Positions 19,339 to 30,008 of a stretch of 64,000 nt of DNA are shown piece after piece. The translations under genes were made by a program, and so were the position numbers. Every line of letters begins with the position of its first letter. The first letter of the stretch is position 1. Below the pieces are notes generated by a model. It searched no databases, was not told where the DNA came from, and saw only the letters and a list, made by a program, of their open reading frames with translations. The stretch lies in the NCBI GenBank assembly GCA_900320955.1, contig ONUN01000002.1, positions 502-64,501 of the forward strand. Direction: 5' to 3'. Source of the DNA: an uncultured Methanobrevibacter sp. (GTDB lineage: Archaea; Methanobacteriota; Methanobacteria; Methanobacteriales; Methanobacteriaceae).

Positions 19339-20835
19339 TTATCCTTTATAGGTTAATTTATAGAATTTACAGTTTTCAATTTGTCCTACTTTGGTCATTG
19401 TAACATATGACGGCATTTTCCAAGTAGAACCTGGACGTTTAGCTATATAAACTGTTTTATTCTTATACTTTTTAAAGTCATCAGGTATCATGAACTTGTA
19501 TTTCTCATCATCATAAAACTTAGTGAATCCTTTGGCTTCTTTTCGCTCATCAACCGAGAAGTCATTATAGACCTTTGATTTATTCAGCTGATCGTGGAAA
19601 TGAATATACTTGACCATTCCATCAATAATGACAACAGAATCATTGTTATTGATGCTATCTAAAAACTGTTGGCTTTTCACCAACTCATCATGATTTTTTG
19701 AAATCTGGTCCACCTGACCATATAAATTAACAGCACTGAAGAGCAATATAAGTACCACAACCGGAATTACAACCTTTTTAAGGTCAAATTTGGAAATGAA
19801 TACTGATATGCATAACCATAAAAGCCCTGTTGCAGGAGCCAAATATCTTACAACAAGTATAGGTTTGTATGCTGCGGATACGATAACTCCAAAAAGAATT
19901 GTCGCAATAAATACTAAGAATCCAAATAAGACAAAATTGCTGTCTTTTTCTGACTTTTTATAACTGAGAACAACAAAGACGAATATCACCAAAAATACGA
20001 TAGCGAAAATTACGTTAATTATCAAATCCTGATTTTCGGTAACGAATGTTGTAGCGAAAAACTCCAGGAATTTTTCAATTGTAATTCCTTCAATCCAATA
20101 GCTGCCTTTAACTGTTTTCATTTGCCTATATAGTACAACAAGCCAAGGAGCATAACATATTATTCCCACTACAGTGGATATAAGCCAATTTTTGATTTGT
20201 GTTCTATCCTTTTGAATATAATATATGAGCAGCAGCACATAGATTATTATCAATGAAACGGCTACAAAGTAATGAGTATAAGCTCCACAAACTGAGAAAA
20301 ATGCCAATAAAATCCAGTTTTTAAGTTTCGGGTTCTTTAGAGTTTCGTTTGCAAATATGAATGCCATCACTAAAAAGAACATTCCCCATGGATACATACG
20401 GGCAATGGAAAACATTGTGAAAAAATTACTCATAGTCAAAAGTGTTAATGCAAAAAGCCCTCCGGCAAGCCATCCGTAATCCTCTCTGATTTTAGTTATA
20501 GACACTGCAAACAGAAGGACATATGCGGCTACAGACACCATTTTCATTACGAAAATCATGTCATATGGAATATGAAGCCATTCCAACAAGTATACTGGAA
20601 CCAAAGCTATGGCATAGTATAATGGAGGATGCACATCACCAGCTGTTACGCTAACCATTTCCTTAAATGAAACGTTCAACAGACCTCTGGTGAACCACTC
20701 GTCAATGTGTAAAAAAGGCTTTTGAATAATCAGAAATATCATCAAGGCCAAGACAAATAAGCTTAAAACAAACAACGATTTTCCAATATAATCCTTGTAT
20801 TTATCATATTGATTATTATTCAACTCTCTCACCAA
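19339..20835 (-). CDS. PMT/GT39-like (GT-C) membrane glycosyltransferase
   Basis: DE in the first loop, DVHPPLYY, ARMY, YTHY and RYL motifs. Confidence 0.85.
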   Translation of the reverse strand: MVRELNNNQYDKYKDYIGKSLFVLSLFVLALMIFLIIQKPFLHIDEWFTRGLLNVSFKEMVSVTAGDVHPPLYYAIALVPVYLLEWLHIPYDMIFVMKMVSVAAYVLLFAVSITKIREDYGWLAGGLFALTLLTMSNFFTMFSIARMYPWGMFFLVMAFIFANETLKNPKLKNWILLAFFSVCGAYTHYFVAVSLIIIYVLLLIYYIQKDRTQIKNWLISTVVGIICYAPWLVVLYRQMKTVKGSYWIEGITIEKFLEFFATTFVTENQDLIINVIFAIVFLVIFVFVVLSYKKSEKDSNFVLFGFLVFIATILFGVIVSAAYKPILVVRYLAPATGLLWLCISVFISKFDLKKVVIPVVVLILLFSAVNLYGQVDQISKNHDELVKSQQFLDSINNNDSVVIIDGMVKYIHFHDQLNKSKVYNDFSVDERKEAKGFTKFYDDEKYKFMIPDDFKKYKNKTVYIAKRPGSTWKMPSYVTMTKVGQIENCKFYKLTYKG

Positions 20836-21038
20836 AATAATTATTTTTTATAACTTCCCTCATTATTATTTATCCAAACAACAAATCTGGAAATACTAGT
20901 CAAAAACAATAAATATTTATTAAAAACTACAAACAATAGGTAAAATAATTATTACTCTGATTGATATTTTCCATAAACTTATTGAAAAAACATATAAGTA
21001 TTTATAAAGCATATTATTTATAGTTATTAATTTTCAGA

Positions 21039-22007
21039 TTACCTCAGCGAAAGGTATTCATCATAGTTTTTAGAACTTAAAATATCCAGAAAGAATTTCT
21101 TTTTTACAGGACCCAAATTCTCCAGATAATCCTCATAATATTTACTGGATTTGATTGATTCATAATCATTTTTAATCAACAAGTATAGGTCTTTTTTGTA
21201 TTTCTCTTCAATGCCCATCAATGCATATCTGGGACCGTTTATCTTAAAGGCCAGCAAATCGAACTTATACTGGTCATACCATCCATTTTCAATGAATATG
21301 TCCATTAGAATCTGGCCGGCAGGAACCGTATCCAAGAATTTGGAATCGACTGACTCGGTAATTGATCCGTCATGCTTTTGGCGAACATACAAATGCTTTT
21401 TGATAATGGAAACTCTTTGAGCATTCAAAAACGTGTAAAAGAAAAAGGGCATGTCTTCAAAATAGATTCCACATGGAAACCTGGCATTGATTTTTGAGAG
21501 GAATATCCTGTTGAAAATCTTCTGGCAGGCACTTACTGATATGTCAAAGAGAAAATCCCCACATTCATGGGGGTTGAAAACCCTGTTTTCAAAGGATTCG
21601 TTGAAATTATTCAGATTGAACCAATCATTTTGACTATATTCACCATTGAAATATTTGATGATTTGAAAAATTGATATATCAGTATCATTGTTTTTTGCTT
21701 CAAAATATGCTGTTTGAAGCGCATCTTCACAAAACCAGTCATCAGCATCCAAAAACATTACATATTCTCCAGATGCAATCTCAAGGCCGTTGTTACGAGC
21801 CTGGCCGGGACCTTTGTTGTTCTGGTCTATGACTTTGATTCTTTCATCGCCAAATGAAGTGATGATGTCCAAAGTGGAATCTGTTGAGCCGTCATTGACA
21901 ATGATTAATTCAAAATCATTCAAGGATTGATTCAAAACAGATTCAATAGCTTTTCCAATGAATTTTTCCCCATTGAATACAGGTAAAATAATAGAAATAT
22001 CAGTCAT
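21039..22007 (-). CDS. GT2 family glycosyltransferase
   Basis: ISIILPVFN, NDGSTD, ARN.G, FLDADD and FED motifs. Confidence 0.93.
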   Translation of the reverse strand: MTDISIILPVFNGEKFIGKAIESVLNQSLNDFELIIVNDGSTDSTLDIITSFGDERIKVIDQNNKGPGQARNNGLEIASGEYVMFLDADDWFCEDALQTAYFEAKNNDTDISIFQIIKYFNGEYSQNDWFNLNNFNESFENRVFNPHECGDFLFDISVSACQKIFNRIFLSKINARFPCGIYFEDMPFFFYTFLNAQRVSIIKKHLYVRQKHDGSITESVDSKFLDTVPAGQILMDIFIENGWYDQYKFDLLAFKINGPRYALMGIEEKYKKDLYLLIKNDYESIKSSKYYEDYLENLGPVKKKFFLDILSSKNYDEYLSLR

Positions 22008-22075
22008 CAGATAATATTTTATTTGATTTGGTTTAAATATTTGGCTAAAAAAAAAGAGAAAAAAAGTGTATTCAA

Positions 22076-22756
22076 CTAGAAGGTTTGGGTACCACTAGTT
22101 GGAGATAACGATACACTTTGTGTGTCTAAAAGATTTGAATTACTATCATACAGGTTGATTGTTGCATGATCCGGATAATATTTATAAGCGTCTGCACTTT
22201 GAACTTCAAGATAACCGTTTGAGTGGACAGTAACCGGAACCATATTACCATTATTTAAAGTGGATCCATCCCTACTGTACCAGATTTGAAGTATTGCGCT
22301 TTTACCTGCATGCTCCTTACCGACATAGATGTTTGCATAGGTCAAATCACTTAGTTCACTACCAGTTGAGAAACTTCCACCCTGTATTTTCATGGAACTT
22401 GATTGGGAAGTTGCTGTTTTTGGTTGATTGGACTGTGGACTAGCTTGTGAAGAACTTGCCTGGTTTGAAGCATTTGATTGTGATGCAGCATTGGAAGCAT
22501 TGCTTTGGGAAGGTGAATTATTTGAGTGAGAATCACCTCCAAATCCTTGAAGATAAATAAAAGCACCAGCCAATACAACAACCACTACAATCAATACTGC
22601 AATAATTATTTTTGTATTATCCGATTTCTTTTCACTGTTCATTGAATCAATCATTTTTTCATGACTATTCACTTTCTTTTCCGCCAAAGGTGTTCCGCAT
22701 TTTTTACAATACTTTGCACCTTCATTGTTTTCAGCATTACAATTTGGACATTTCAT
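22076..22756 (-). CDS. Zinc-ribbon membrane-anchored protein with S/N/Q linker and extracellular domain
   Basis: CPNC…CKKCG, one TM helix, low-complexity linker. Confidence 0.82.
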   Translation of the reverse strand: MKCPNCNAENNEGAKYCKKCGTPLAEKKVNSHEKMIDSMNSEKKSDNTKIIIAVLIVVVVVLAGAFIYLQGFGGDSHSNNSPSQSNASNAASQSNASNQASSSQASPQSNQPKTATSQSSSMKIQGGSFSTGSELSDLTYANIYVGKEHAGKSAILQIWYSRDGSTLNNGNMVPVTVHSNGYLEVQSADAYKYYPDHATINLYDSNSNLLDTQSVSLSPTSGTQTF

Positions 22757-23015
22757 ATTCAAATTCAACCTCACAACAATATTCAGTTAATACTATTTTA
22801 TCCACAATATTAAATAAAGTTATTTATAAATTCCTTTAAGATTGAAAAAGTAATGAGGAAATCTATATCAAAGCCAAAATAATGTTAAAAATACAACATA
22901 AAATAAATATAATTAAAGAAGTAGTTAATTAATTTAGATAAAATACCTAAAAAGTTAATTTAATTAAGCGTGAAATTGATTAAAAAATAGTTAAAAAAGA
23001 TATGAAAATATCTTT

Positions 23016-23699
23016 TCAATCATAAAATTTTCCCAAAAATTCTTTCATCCTCTTGTTGTCGGATGAGAAAACCTCGTCAGGAGAACCTTCCTCCACAATA
23101 ACACCGCCATCCATGAAAATTATGGTGTCCGCCACATTACGGGCAAAAGCCATTTCGTGAGTAACGATGACCATAGTCATTTTCTCTGCGGCAAGCTCCT
23201 TAATAACTTCCAAAATTTCACCGGTCAATTCCGGATCGAGAGCTGAAGTAGGTTCATCAAAAAATAGAATATCAGGATTCATTGCAAGCGCTCTTGCAAT
23301 AGAAACACGTTGTTGCTGACCTCCTGAAAGTTCACAAGGGTAGGCATCTTCCTTATCTTCCAAACCCATTTTCTTTAAAAGTTCACGGGCATGTTCAAAA
23401 ACTTCATTTTTGTCTCTTTTTTGAACTCTAATAGGTGCGTTGGTAATATTCTTCATCACTGAATGATGAGGGAACAAATTGAAATTCTGGAAAACCAAAC
23501 CGAAAGTTCCATCAAATTTAATTACACCGCTGTCTTCCTGCTCCAAACCTGTAATGCATCTTAGCAATGTTGATTTACCGGAACCTGATGGACCGATGAT
23601 AGCTAAAACCTCACCCCTTTCAACACTAAGAGAAATATCCTTTAAAACCACATTATCATTGAAACTTTTTTTAAGATTTTTGATTTCAAGCAAACTCAT
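23016..23699 (-). CDS. Polar amino-acid ABC transporter ATP-binding protein (GlnQ-like)
   Basis: [31 protein letters not shown]. Confidence 0.95.
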   Translation of the reverse strand: MSLLEIKNLKKSFNDNVVLKDISLSVERGEVLAIIGPSGSGKSTLLRCITGLEQEDSGVIKFDGTFGLVFQNFNLFPHHSVMKNITNAPIRVQKRDKNEVFEHARELLKKMGLEDKEDAYPCELSGGQQQRVSIARALAMNPDILFFDEPTSALDPELTGEILEVIKELAAEKMTMVIVTHEMAFARNVADTIIFMDGGVIVEEGSPDEVFSSDNKRMKEFLGKFYD

Positions 23700-23710
23700 A
23701 ATATTCCTCC

Positions 23711-24361
23711 CTATTCATAATAATCCAATTTATTTTCAATACGAGCCATTACAAATGCAACAAGCACATTGAATACATAATAGAATATACCTGCTACCAA
23801 TAGTGCAGCAATGGATGCATCTGCAGCAGCGATTTGTTTAGCTACTGTAAACATTTCCGGGATTGCAATAACAAATGAAAGAGAAGTATCTTTAACAAGT
23901 GTAATTACTTCATTAGTAATTGAAGGAAGAACTACTTTTATAACCTGAGGAAGTATTATAATAAAAAATGTTTCGATTTTACTATAACCTAATACCTGGG
24001 CAGCTTCATATTGTCCGCTGTTGATGGATTCAATACCACCCCTATAGATTTCTGCGAAGTAAGCTGCATAATTAATTGTAAATGCAATAATAACTGCAAT
24101 AAATCTATAATCACTGGAAAGACTCATACCAAATAGATAGTAAGGTCCGAAAAATACGACAATCAACTGTAGCATTAACGGTGTACCTCTCATGATAGAA
24201 ATATAAACTTTTGCAATCCATCTGATTGGCGCAAAGCCACTCATTCTTCCTCCGGCAACAAGTAAACCAAGAGGAAGAGAGAATAAAAGAGTGAGCAAAA
24301 ATATTTCTATAGAGGTAACCATACCTCCAAGCAACTGTTCAATTACTGTACTCAATATCAT
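23711..24361 (-). CDS. Polar amino-acid ABC transporter permease
   Basis: RGTPL..QL, AAYFAEI.RGG, EAA motif, KDTSL. Confidence 0.95.
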   Translation of the reverse strand: MILSTVIEQLLGGMVTSIEIFLLTLLFSLPLGLLVAGGRMSGFAPIRWIAKVYISIMRGTPLMLQLIVVFFGPYYLFGMSLSSDYRFIAVIIAFTINYAAYFAEIYRGGIESINSGQYEAAQVLGYSKIETFFIIILPQVIKVVLPSITNEVITLVKDTSLSFVIAIPEMFTVAKQIAAADASIAALLVAGIFYYVFNVLVAFVMARIENKLDYYE

Positions 24362-24392
24362 ATAACTAATTCTCCCCTCTTAATTGACTAAC

Positions 24393-25226
24393 TTATTTTT
24401 GGATTAATGCATCTTCAGATATACCGTAATTTTTTGCGATTTTAGCAACAGTACCATCTTTAAACATTTCATCTAAAGTTGCTTGTACTTTGTCTTTTAA
24501 TGCATCATTTCCTTTTTTAAATCCTATACCATATTTTTCAGTGGTAATGGATTCATTCAATATTTTGAAATCTGCAGCAGAACCGTTTTTGTTTTTGATA
24601 TCATATTCTGCAACACCAATATCCATAGCTACAGCATTACATGCACCGGATTCTAAATCCATAAATGCAGTATTATAATCAGCCACTTCAGTTAAAGTAG
24701 TGAATGAATCTTTAATGGTTTTGTTATCACCATTAAGAGCAGCTAAAGCAGATGAATCTTTTTGTGTTTCAACAGTTTTACCAGCTAAATCCTTGATGCT
24801 GGAAATGTTTGAATCTGATTTTACAACAAATATTTGTTTGTTATCGAAATAAGGTTTAGACCATGTGTAATCGTTTTCTCTTCCATCAATGGTAAATCCG
24901 TTCCAGATACAGTCAATGGATCCTGAATTCAATTCAGCATCTTTTGCATCCCAATCGATTGGTTGAGCTTTGAATGTCCAGTTATTTCTTTTACAAACTT
25001 CTTTTGCTAAGTCTAAATCAAAACCTGTGTAATTTCCGTTAGCATCTTTATATCCATAAGGTGGGAATTCTGCATCAAAACCAACAATAAATGTATTTTC
25101 ATCATTAGCTGCCTGATTAGAATTGTCATTTCCCCCCAAAAAGTCAAATAGTCCTGCACTTACTGTTCCTACCATCATTACTGATACGAGGAGTAAGACC
25201 AAAATAAAACCTATCTTTTTATTCAT
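24393..25226 (-). CDS. Polar amino-acid ABC transporter substrate-binding protein
   Basis: Signal/anchor helix, FPPYGY, GFD.DLA and WNG motifs. Confidence 0.93.
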   Translation of the reverse strand: MNKKIGFILVLLLVSVMMVGTVSAGLFDFLGGNDNSNQAANDENTFIVGFDAEFPPYGYKDANGNYTGFDLDLAKEVCKRNNWTFKAQPIDWDAKDAELNSGSIDCIWNGFTIDGRENDYTWSKPYFDNKQIFVVKSDSNISSIKDLAGKTVETQKDSSALAALNGDNKTIKDSFTTLTEVADYNTAFMDLESGACNAVAMDIGVAEYDIKNKNGSAADFKILNESITTEKYGIGFKKGNDALKDKVQATLDEMFKDGTVAKIAKNYGISEDALIQK

Positions 25227-25604
25227 TTTAATACACCAAATAGTTATAACCATATAAGTAGATTTAATCTACTTGTAAACTATTTTTATATTTTCACATA
25301 TTTATTTATATTGAAAATTATCGCCAAATTAAAAACATGACTTAGAAATTACCCATAATCATTTTAAATTGACATCCCCACTCATTATTTTTAATCACAA
25401 GCGTGACAGTGAATAATATTCATTTTATTAATCAAAAAGGTTCAATAATTAAAAACGATTATATCATAATATGTTCATCAATTTTAAATACAGATTGAAT
25501 ACAAAATACATATTTAATAGAAAAATTAGCTTACAAATGAAAATGTAACATTATTTTTAAAAAATGTATTAAACTATATATATTAAGTTAATTAATACAC
25601 ATTT

Positions 25605-25620
25605 AAAAAAAAAAAAAAAA
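25605..25620 (-). terminator. Oligo-T (T16) archaeal terminator-like tract
   Basis: A16 on the plus strand, 35 nt downstream of the minus-strand acyltransferase stop. Confidence 0.45.
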
Positions 25621-25655
25621 TATGGCAACTGCATAAACAGCAGACACATTATCAA

Positions 25656-26642
25656 TCAATAATATCTTTTAATGAACGGGATTTTTTCCAAAATGAAAAA
25701 TAAAATTCCCACAAATATAAAGAATAGAATAGTTGATACAAATGTTAATTTAATCCAACTTAATTTCAATGCAAATTTAGGTAAAAGATAAGTGAAAATA
25801 CCCAATACCAAAATAAATGAAAATGTCTTGTTTGAATAGAAATTGATTATTGAATTATTGTTTAAAAATCCCTTTAATGACTTTAACATTAAAAATATTG
25901 ATGACACTTCAATAATTGTAAACGGATCCACGCTTATATGAAACGTAGTACCATAAATATTAATGAAAAATGCAGTCCAGCTGGTAGTTGCTGAGGTCAC
26001 TAATAAAACTCGTAAAAATAGAGTTATTACCAGTATAATGCTTGATATTAGGAAAATTCTAGTGGAATTAAATTTGAATTCCTTGTTGTCCAAATAATAT
26101 CCAAGTACCATGAATGCTAAAGGTTCAGCGAAGAATACCAGATCAATATAATATAATCTGAAATTAAACTGAATACTTAAAGAAAGCAATATGCTTGAAA
26201 TGAAAAACAATGCCAATATATATTTTATTCCATCCCCATTTTCGAAACGAATGAATTCGCTCAATATTGGAACAACCAAAACATTCGAAAGAATTACCCA
26301 TAAGAACCAATTTGTTTTGAATAATTTAGGTATAAACGAATTAGATCCATCAAAATATAAAATTAAAATTCCCAGAATTACATTCCAAATAATAAATGAT
26401 GGAAGAATAGATTTATATGTTTCCTTAACAAAACCTAACGGATTTTCATGTTTTTTGAGCATTGCAGCCCCAAATGTCATTAACAAAAGAGGGAATCCCA
26501 AATTGGTAACAAGCCGGGTTAAATTATAAATCAATTTATGTGAAGAATCAATAGTGTGACCTACATTTGATATGCAATATATTGAAATCAAAATTAAAGC
26601 CAATACATTAATTTTATTGATATAATCATTTTCAATTTTCAT
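25656..26642 (-). CDS. Acyltransferase-3-like membrane protein, divergent paralog
   Basis: Collinear with its neighbour (G.PL.LM..G, P.IIW, FMVLGYYL) but lacks the N-terminal D.LR…H motif. Confidence 0.7.
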   Translation of the reverse strand: MKIENDYINKINVLALILISIYCISNVGHTIDSSHKLIYNLTRLVTNLGFPLLLMTFGAAMLKKHENPLGFVKETYKSILPSFIIWNVILGILILYFDGSNSFIPKLFKTNWFLWVILSNVLVVPILSEFIRFENGDGIKYILALFFISSILLSLSIQFNFRLYYIDLVFFAEPLAFMVLGYYLDNKEFKFNSTRIFLISSIILVITLFLRVLLVTSATTSWTAFFINIYGTTFHISVDPFTIIEVSSIFLMLKSLKGFLNNNSIINFYSNKTFSFILVLGIFTYLLPKFALKLSWIKLTFVSTILFFIFVGILFFILEKIPFIKRYY

Positions 26643-26651
26643 ATTTTAACC

Positions 26652-27749
26652 TCAATGATACCCTGTTAATTTATTAATAACTGGAACTTTATTCAAAATC
26701 ATCATTATGCCATATGATGCGAATAAAACAAATATTGTAAATAATGGAATAAATATTACACCCGGCATATCCGTATATGACATATTATATATATGTAAAA
26801 TCTTCCTAATGGATAGAGTAAAGAAATAATGGCATAGATATATACCATAACTAGCCTGACTCATTGAAATGGTCAGCAAAAGCATTCTTTTTCCATTGCA
26901 AAACTTAGTTATTTTTTCACAAATTCCTGACTTGACCATAGGCAGATATTTTACAATTAGGAAGAAAGCTGCAACCTGAATAATACTTATTATGTCATTT
27001 TCCAAATGGCTTTTTTCTGTAAACATATAATATCTGAATGAATATGAAATACTCAGGTAGTCAATAGCCATGAACGTTTTGATTAATGTGAATAGGATAA
27101 ATACCAATAAAGAAATAATAACCACTTTTTTGGGAGATATATTGAATTCCTTATAATGTAGATAATATCCCAACATTAAAAAACCAATAGGGCCTGTAAA
27201 TATAGTCAAATCCAGATAATAAAGTTTGAAATCAAGAATTTTTGATATTGTGAATAAAGTGGATGTGATAATCCATATTATCAGGAAATATTTAACTCCT
27301 TCAAGTTTTGTACCTTTAATAAAAGCCGCAAAGATAGGAATGACCAAATATACTCCCAAAATCAACCAAACATACCATCTATCACAAAAGAAAGAATTAA
27401 CTGCAGAATTTATTGCTTTTTGACCAACAAATGAAGGATTCAAAACAAACAGATTGAACAATATAAACAATCCTATCCAAAATAAAAACGGAATTATTAC
27501 TCTCGGATACCTGCGCTTGATAAAATCCTTTATAGGCAATTTATTGTTTAAAAGAAGAATACCTGTTAACATTAAGAAAACAGGCACGCCAATTCTTCCT
27601 AAAGAATTATAAAACATTGCAATTGAGCTGTTTAAAACAGTTCCCCCATTACAAAATGTAGAAATATGATTGAGCAATACGCCAAAAATCGCCAAAACCC
27701 TCAAATAATCCAAGTATATTATTCTTTTCCTAGTTTTTGTATTAGACAT
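26652..27749 (-). CDS. Acyltransferase-3 (OafA/WecH-like) O-acyltransferase
   Basis: RIIYLDYLRVLAIFGVLLNH, VPVFLMLTG, WY and SYGIYLCH motifs. Confidence 0.9.
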   Translation of the reverse strand: MSNTKTRKRIIYLDYLRVLAIFGVLLNHISTFCNGGTVLNSSIAMFYNSLGRIGVPVFLMLTGILLLNNKLPIKDFIKRRYPRVIIPFLFWIGLFILFNLFVLNPSFVGQKAINSAVNSFFCDRWYVWLILGVYLVIPIFAAFIKGTKLEGVKYFLIIWIITSTLFTISKILDFKLYYLDLTIFTGPIGFLMLGYYLHYKEFNISPKKVVIISLLVFILFTLIKTFMAIDYLSISYSFRYYMFTEKSHLENDIISIIQVAAFFLIVKYLPMVKSGICEKITKFCNGKRMLLLTISMSQASYGIYLCHYFFTLSIRKILHIYNMSYTDMPGVIFIPLFTIFVLFASYGIMMILNKVPVINKLTGYH

Positions 27750-27775
27750 TATTTAACCTTTTGTAAAATTCCAAT

Positions 27776-29782
27776 TTAAATTATTTTCAATTGAACTAAT
27801 CTATCATACAATCTTTCCATATTCTTTCCATCTGAAAATTGATTGATTGATTTATAGATTTCCTTAAATTCTTCTGTTCTTACTCTATCCAAATTAATTT
27901 TGCCATCTATAACAGTTTCCTTAATTACATCTTCCAATTCATCAATAGTGAATACCCTTTCCCCGATGTATTCATCATTGCCTGGAATCAAATCTCCATT
28001 TTCCTGTTCATACAATTTAAGATCCGGCTGATAGAATATGACTCCGGAACCCTGATAAAAGGAATTGTATGCTACAGATGAATAATCTGTTATCAGTAAT
28101 TTGGATTTCTTTAAAATCTCGGATATTGGTCCTTGCCATACGCTGTCCTTCATATCCGTATTCATCAATAAATTGAATACCTTCGGATGTGGAATAATGC
28201 ATACCTTATTCTTATCTATATATCTGGACAGCATATTCCATATTTCGACCACATCCTGGTAATAGGATGATTCTCTAAAATCATATAGATGCTCTTCATA
28301 AGGCTTCCATGTAAACATTATAGTTATGAAATCATCTGTTTCATTATTTATATGCTCATATTCGATAGTGTCAAATATTGGCAGACCTACATTCAAAATA
28401 TTTTCTTCGTAAATATTCAACATGTCACATACAACATCCTTTTCCTTTTCACTGCCGACAATCATATAAGCAGGTTCCGCCTCTTTTCCTTTTCCATAAG
28501 GTGAATTCTGTTGATGTGCCTTCAGATAAGTTACTCCATGCTGTAAAAATACGAAATTATTTTCATACAATGCCTTTCGAATATATATGTTGTTTGATCT
28601 TACGATATTGACATGTATAGGTGAATCTGATGAAATAAGGTGGCTGCTGTTATAAACCAGCCAATAATACTTAAATGAATGCTTTGGAACTACAAATTTA
28701 TTATCTTTTATTCTTTCATAATCCGGAGAGTTTTCATCTATTACAAAGTAATTGTTTGTTGTTTCGCTTTCATTGCATTTTTTACAAAAATCAAATACTC
28801 CCTCTTCAGCCTTTCCGGCAAATTTTTCATAGTATAAATTAATTTTTTTCCTTCTTCTATTTTTCAGGAATTTCCCCAGATGATACATGAAAAAGGACAT
28901 TATAGTGCTTTCCAGTATCCTGAATTTGAAGGTATTTTCAACAGGCTCCTTCAAACGTTTTACCAACACCATATTTGAACGCTTATCTCTTCTGATATGA
29001 AAAGCATATTCATCATTAAACACACCTGTCATAGGGTAATAGTATTCCACCTTGTCCTTTATTCTAAACTTTTTCTTGCCTAATTTATAGGTTACCTTAT
29101 CCCCATTAACATTCATATTCATTGTGATGTTGTTATTAATAGGCACCTCTTCTTTTTCAAGCTCTGATCTTTTTATGTTTATCTTTGTTTTATATTTTGA
29201 AAATAGAATCTTACTTTTTGAGATTTTTTCCTGAACTTCATGTATCTCCACATCTTCCTTTATGAATTCACTTATCTCAACCCATTTGTCGGTTATGTCA
29301 AGATTGAATTTATTGACTATATATAAATAAAGAGATATTGAAAGGCCGCTTTTGTTCAGTTTTACTGAAACAACCTTATAAATAAATTGCATCAGCTTTT
29401 TATATAATAAACTTATCCTTGCATAGGTATAACATAACCTTTCATTTTTGATGTAAACGCAAACTACCCTTTTTTCCATTTCACCGTTAACCATCCATTC
29501 CTCAAATTCATCCTTTACTTTTTGAATTTCTTTTTCGGTTTTTTCAAGATCACGATACCTTTTTAGTGCTATTTTATATGCTAAATCGACAGGTACTTCC
29601 TCCATAAAGATTATCTGATTGTTTTGACTTAAATTATTAGGTTTTACTTTTGATTTATACTCCTTGTTTAAAATCAAATCTTCCAAATAAATTTTTTGGA
29701 TATCCTCATCACGTTTTCTGTGCCTTTTGATTTTTTTTATAGTAAGTTCATTTTCTAAAAACTCAGCAGATATCTTACTCAT
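27776..29782 (-). CDS. CDP-glycerol glycerophosphotransferase (TagF/TagB-like) family protein
   Basis: FLQHG, GLP.FD, HP and LITDYSSV motifs. Confidence 0.85.
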   Translation of the reverse strand: MSKISAEFLENELTIKKIKRHRKRDEDIQKIYLEDLILNKEYKSKVKPNNLSQNNQIIFMEEVPVDLAYKIALKRYRDLEKTEKEIQKVKDEFEEWMVNGEMEKRVVCVYIKNERLCYTYARISLLYKKLMQFIYKVVSVKLNKSGLSISLYLYIVNKFNLDITDKWVEISEFIKEDVEIHEVQEKISKSKILFSKYKTKINIKRSELEKEEVPINNNITMNMNVNGDKVTYKLGKKKFRIKDKVEYYYPMTGVFNDEYAFHIRRDKRSNMVLVKRLKEPVENTFKFRILESTIMSFFMYHLGKFLKNRRRKKINLYYEKFAGKAEEGVFDFCKKCNESETTNNYFVIDENSPDYERIKDNKFVVPKHSFKYYWLVYNSSHLISSDSPIHVNIVRSNNIYIRKALYENNFVFLQHGVTYLKAHQQNSPYGKGKEAEPAYMIVGSEKEKDVVCDMLNIYEENILNVGLPIFDTIEYEHINNETDDFITIMFTWKPYEEHLYDFRESSYYQDVVEIWNMLSRYIDKNKVCIIPHPKVFNLLMNTDMKDSVWQGPISEILKKSKLLITDYSSVAYNSFYQGSGVIFYQPDLKLYEQENGDLIPGNDEYIGERVFTIDELEDVIKETVIDGKINLDRVRTEEFKEIYKSINQFSDGKNMERLYDRLVQLKII

Positions 29783-30008
29783 CCAGATTCCTCATTATTT
29801 TAAATTCATGACCTTGTAAAATTAGATAATTTGATTTTATCCTAACTGCATATATTTTTACAATACTTTATTTATATAATTTACCACTTTAAGAGATAAT
29901 TTAACTAAAAATACTAGGATTATAAATTTTTATTTTAAAAAAAAACAATTTCGTACACATATGCAAACCATTCAGCACAAATTAAAAAAAATATAGAAAT
30001 TACAATTT

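Noticed and set aside
22400-22540. Short imperfect repeats
   Set aside because: They encode the S/N/Q/A linker of the zinc-ribbon membrane protein.
25605-25620. A16 tract as a phase-variation switch
   Set aside because: It is intergenic and downstream of a stop codon, consistent with an oligo-T terminator.
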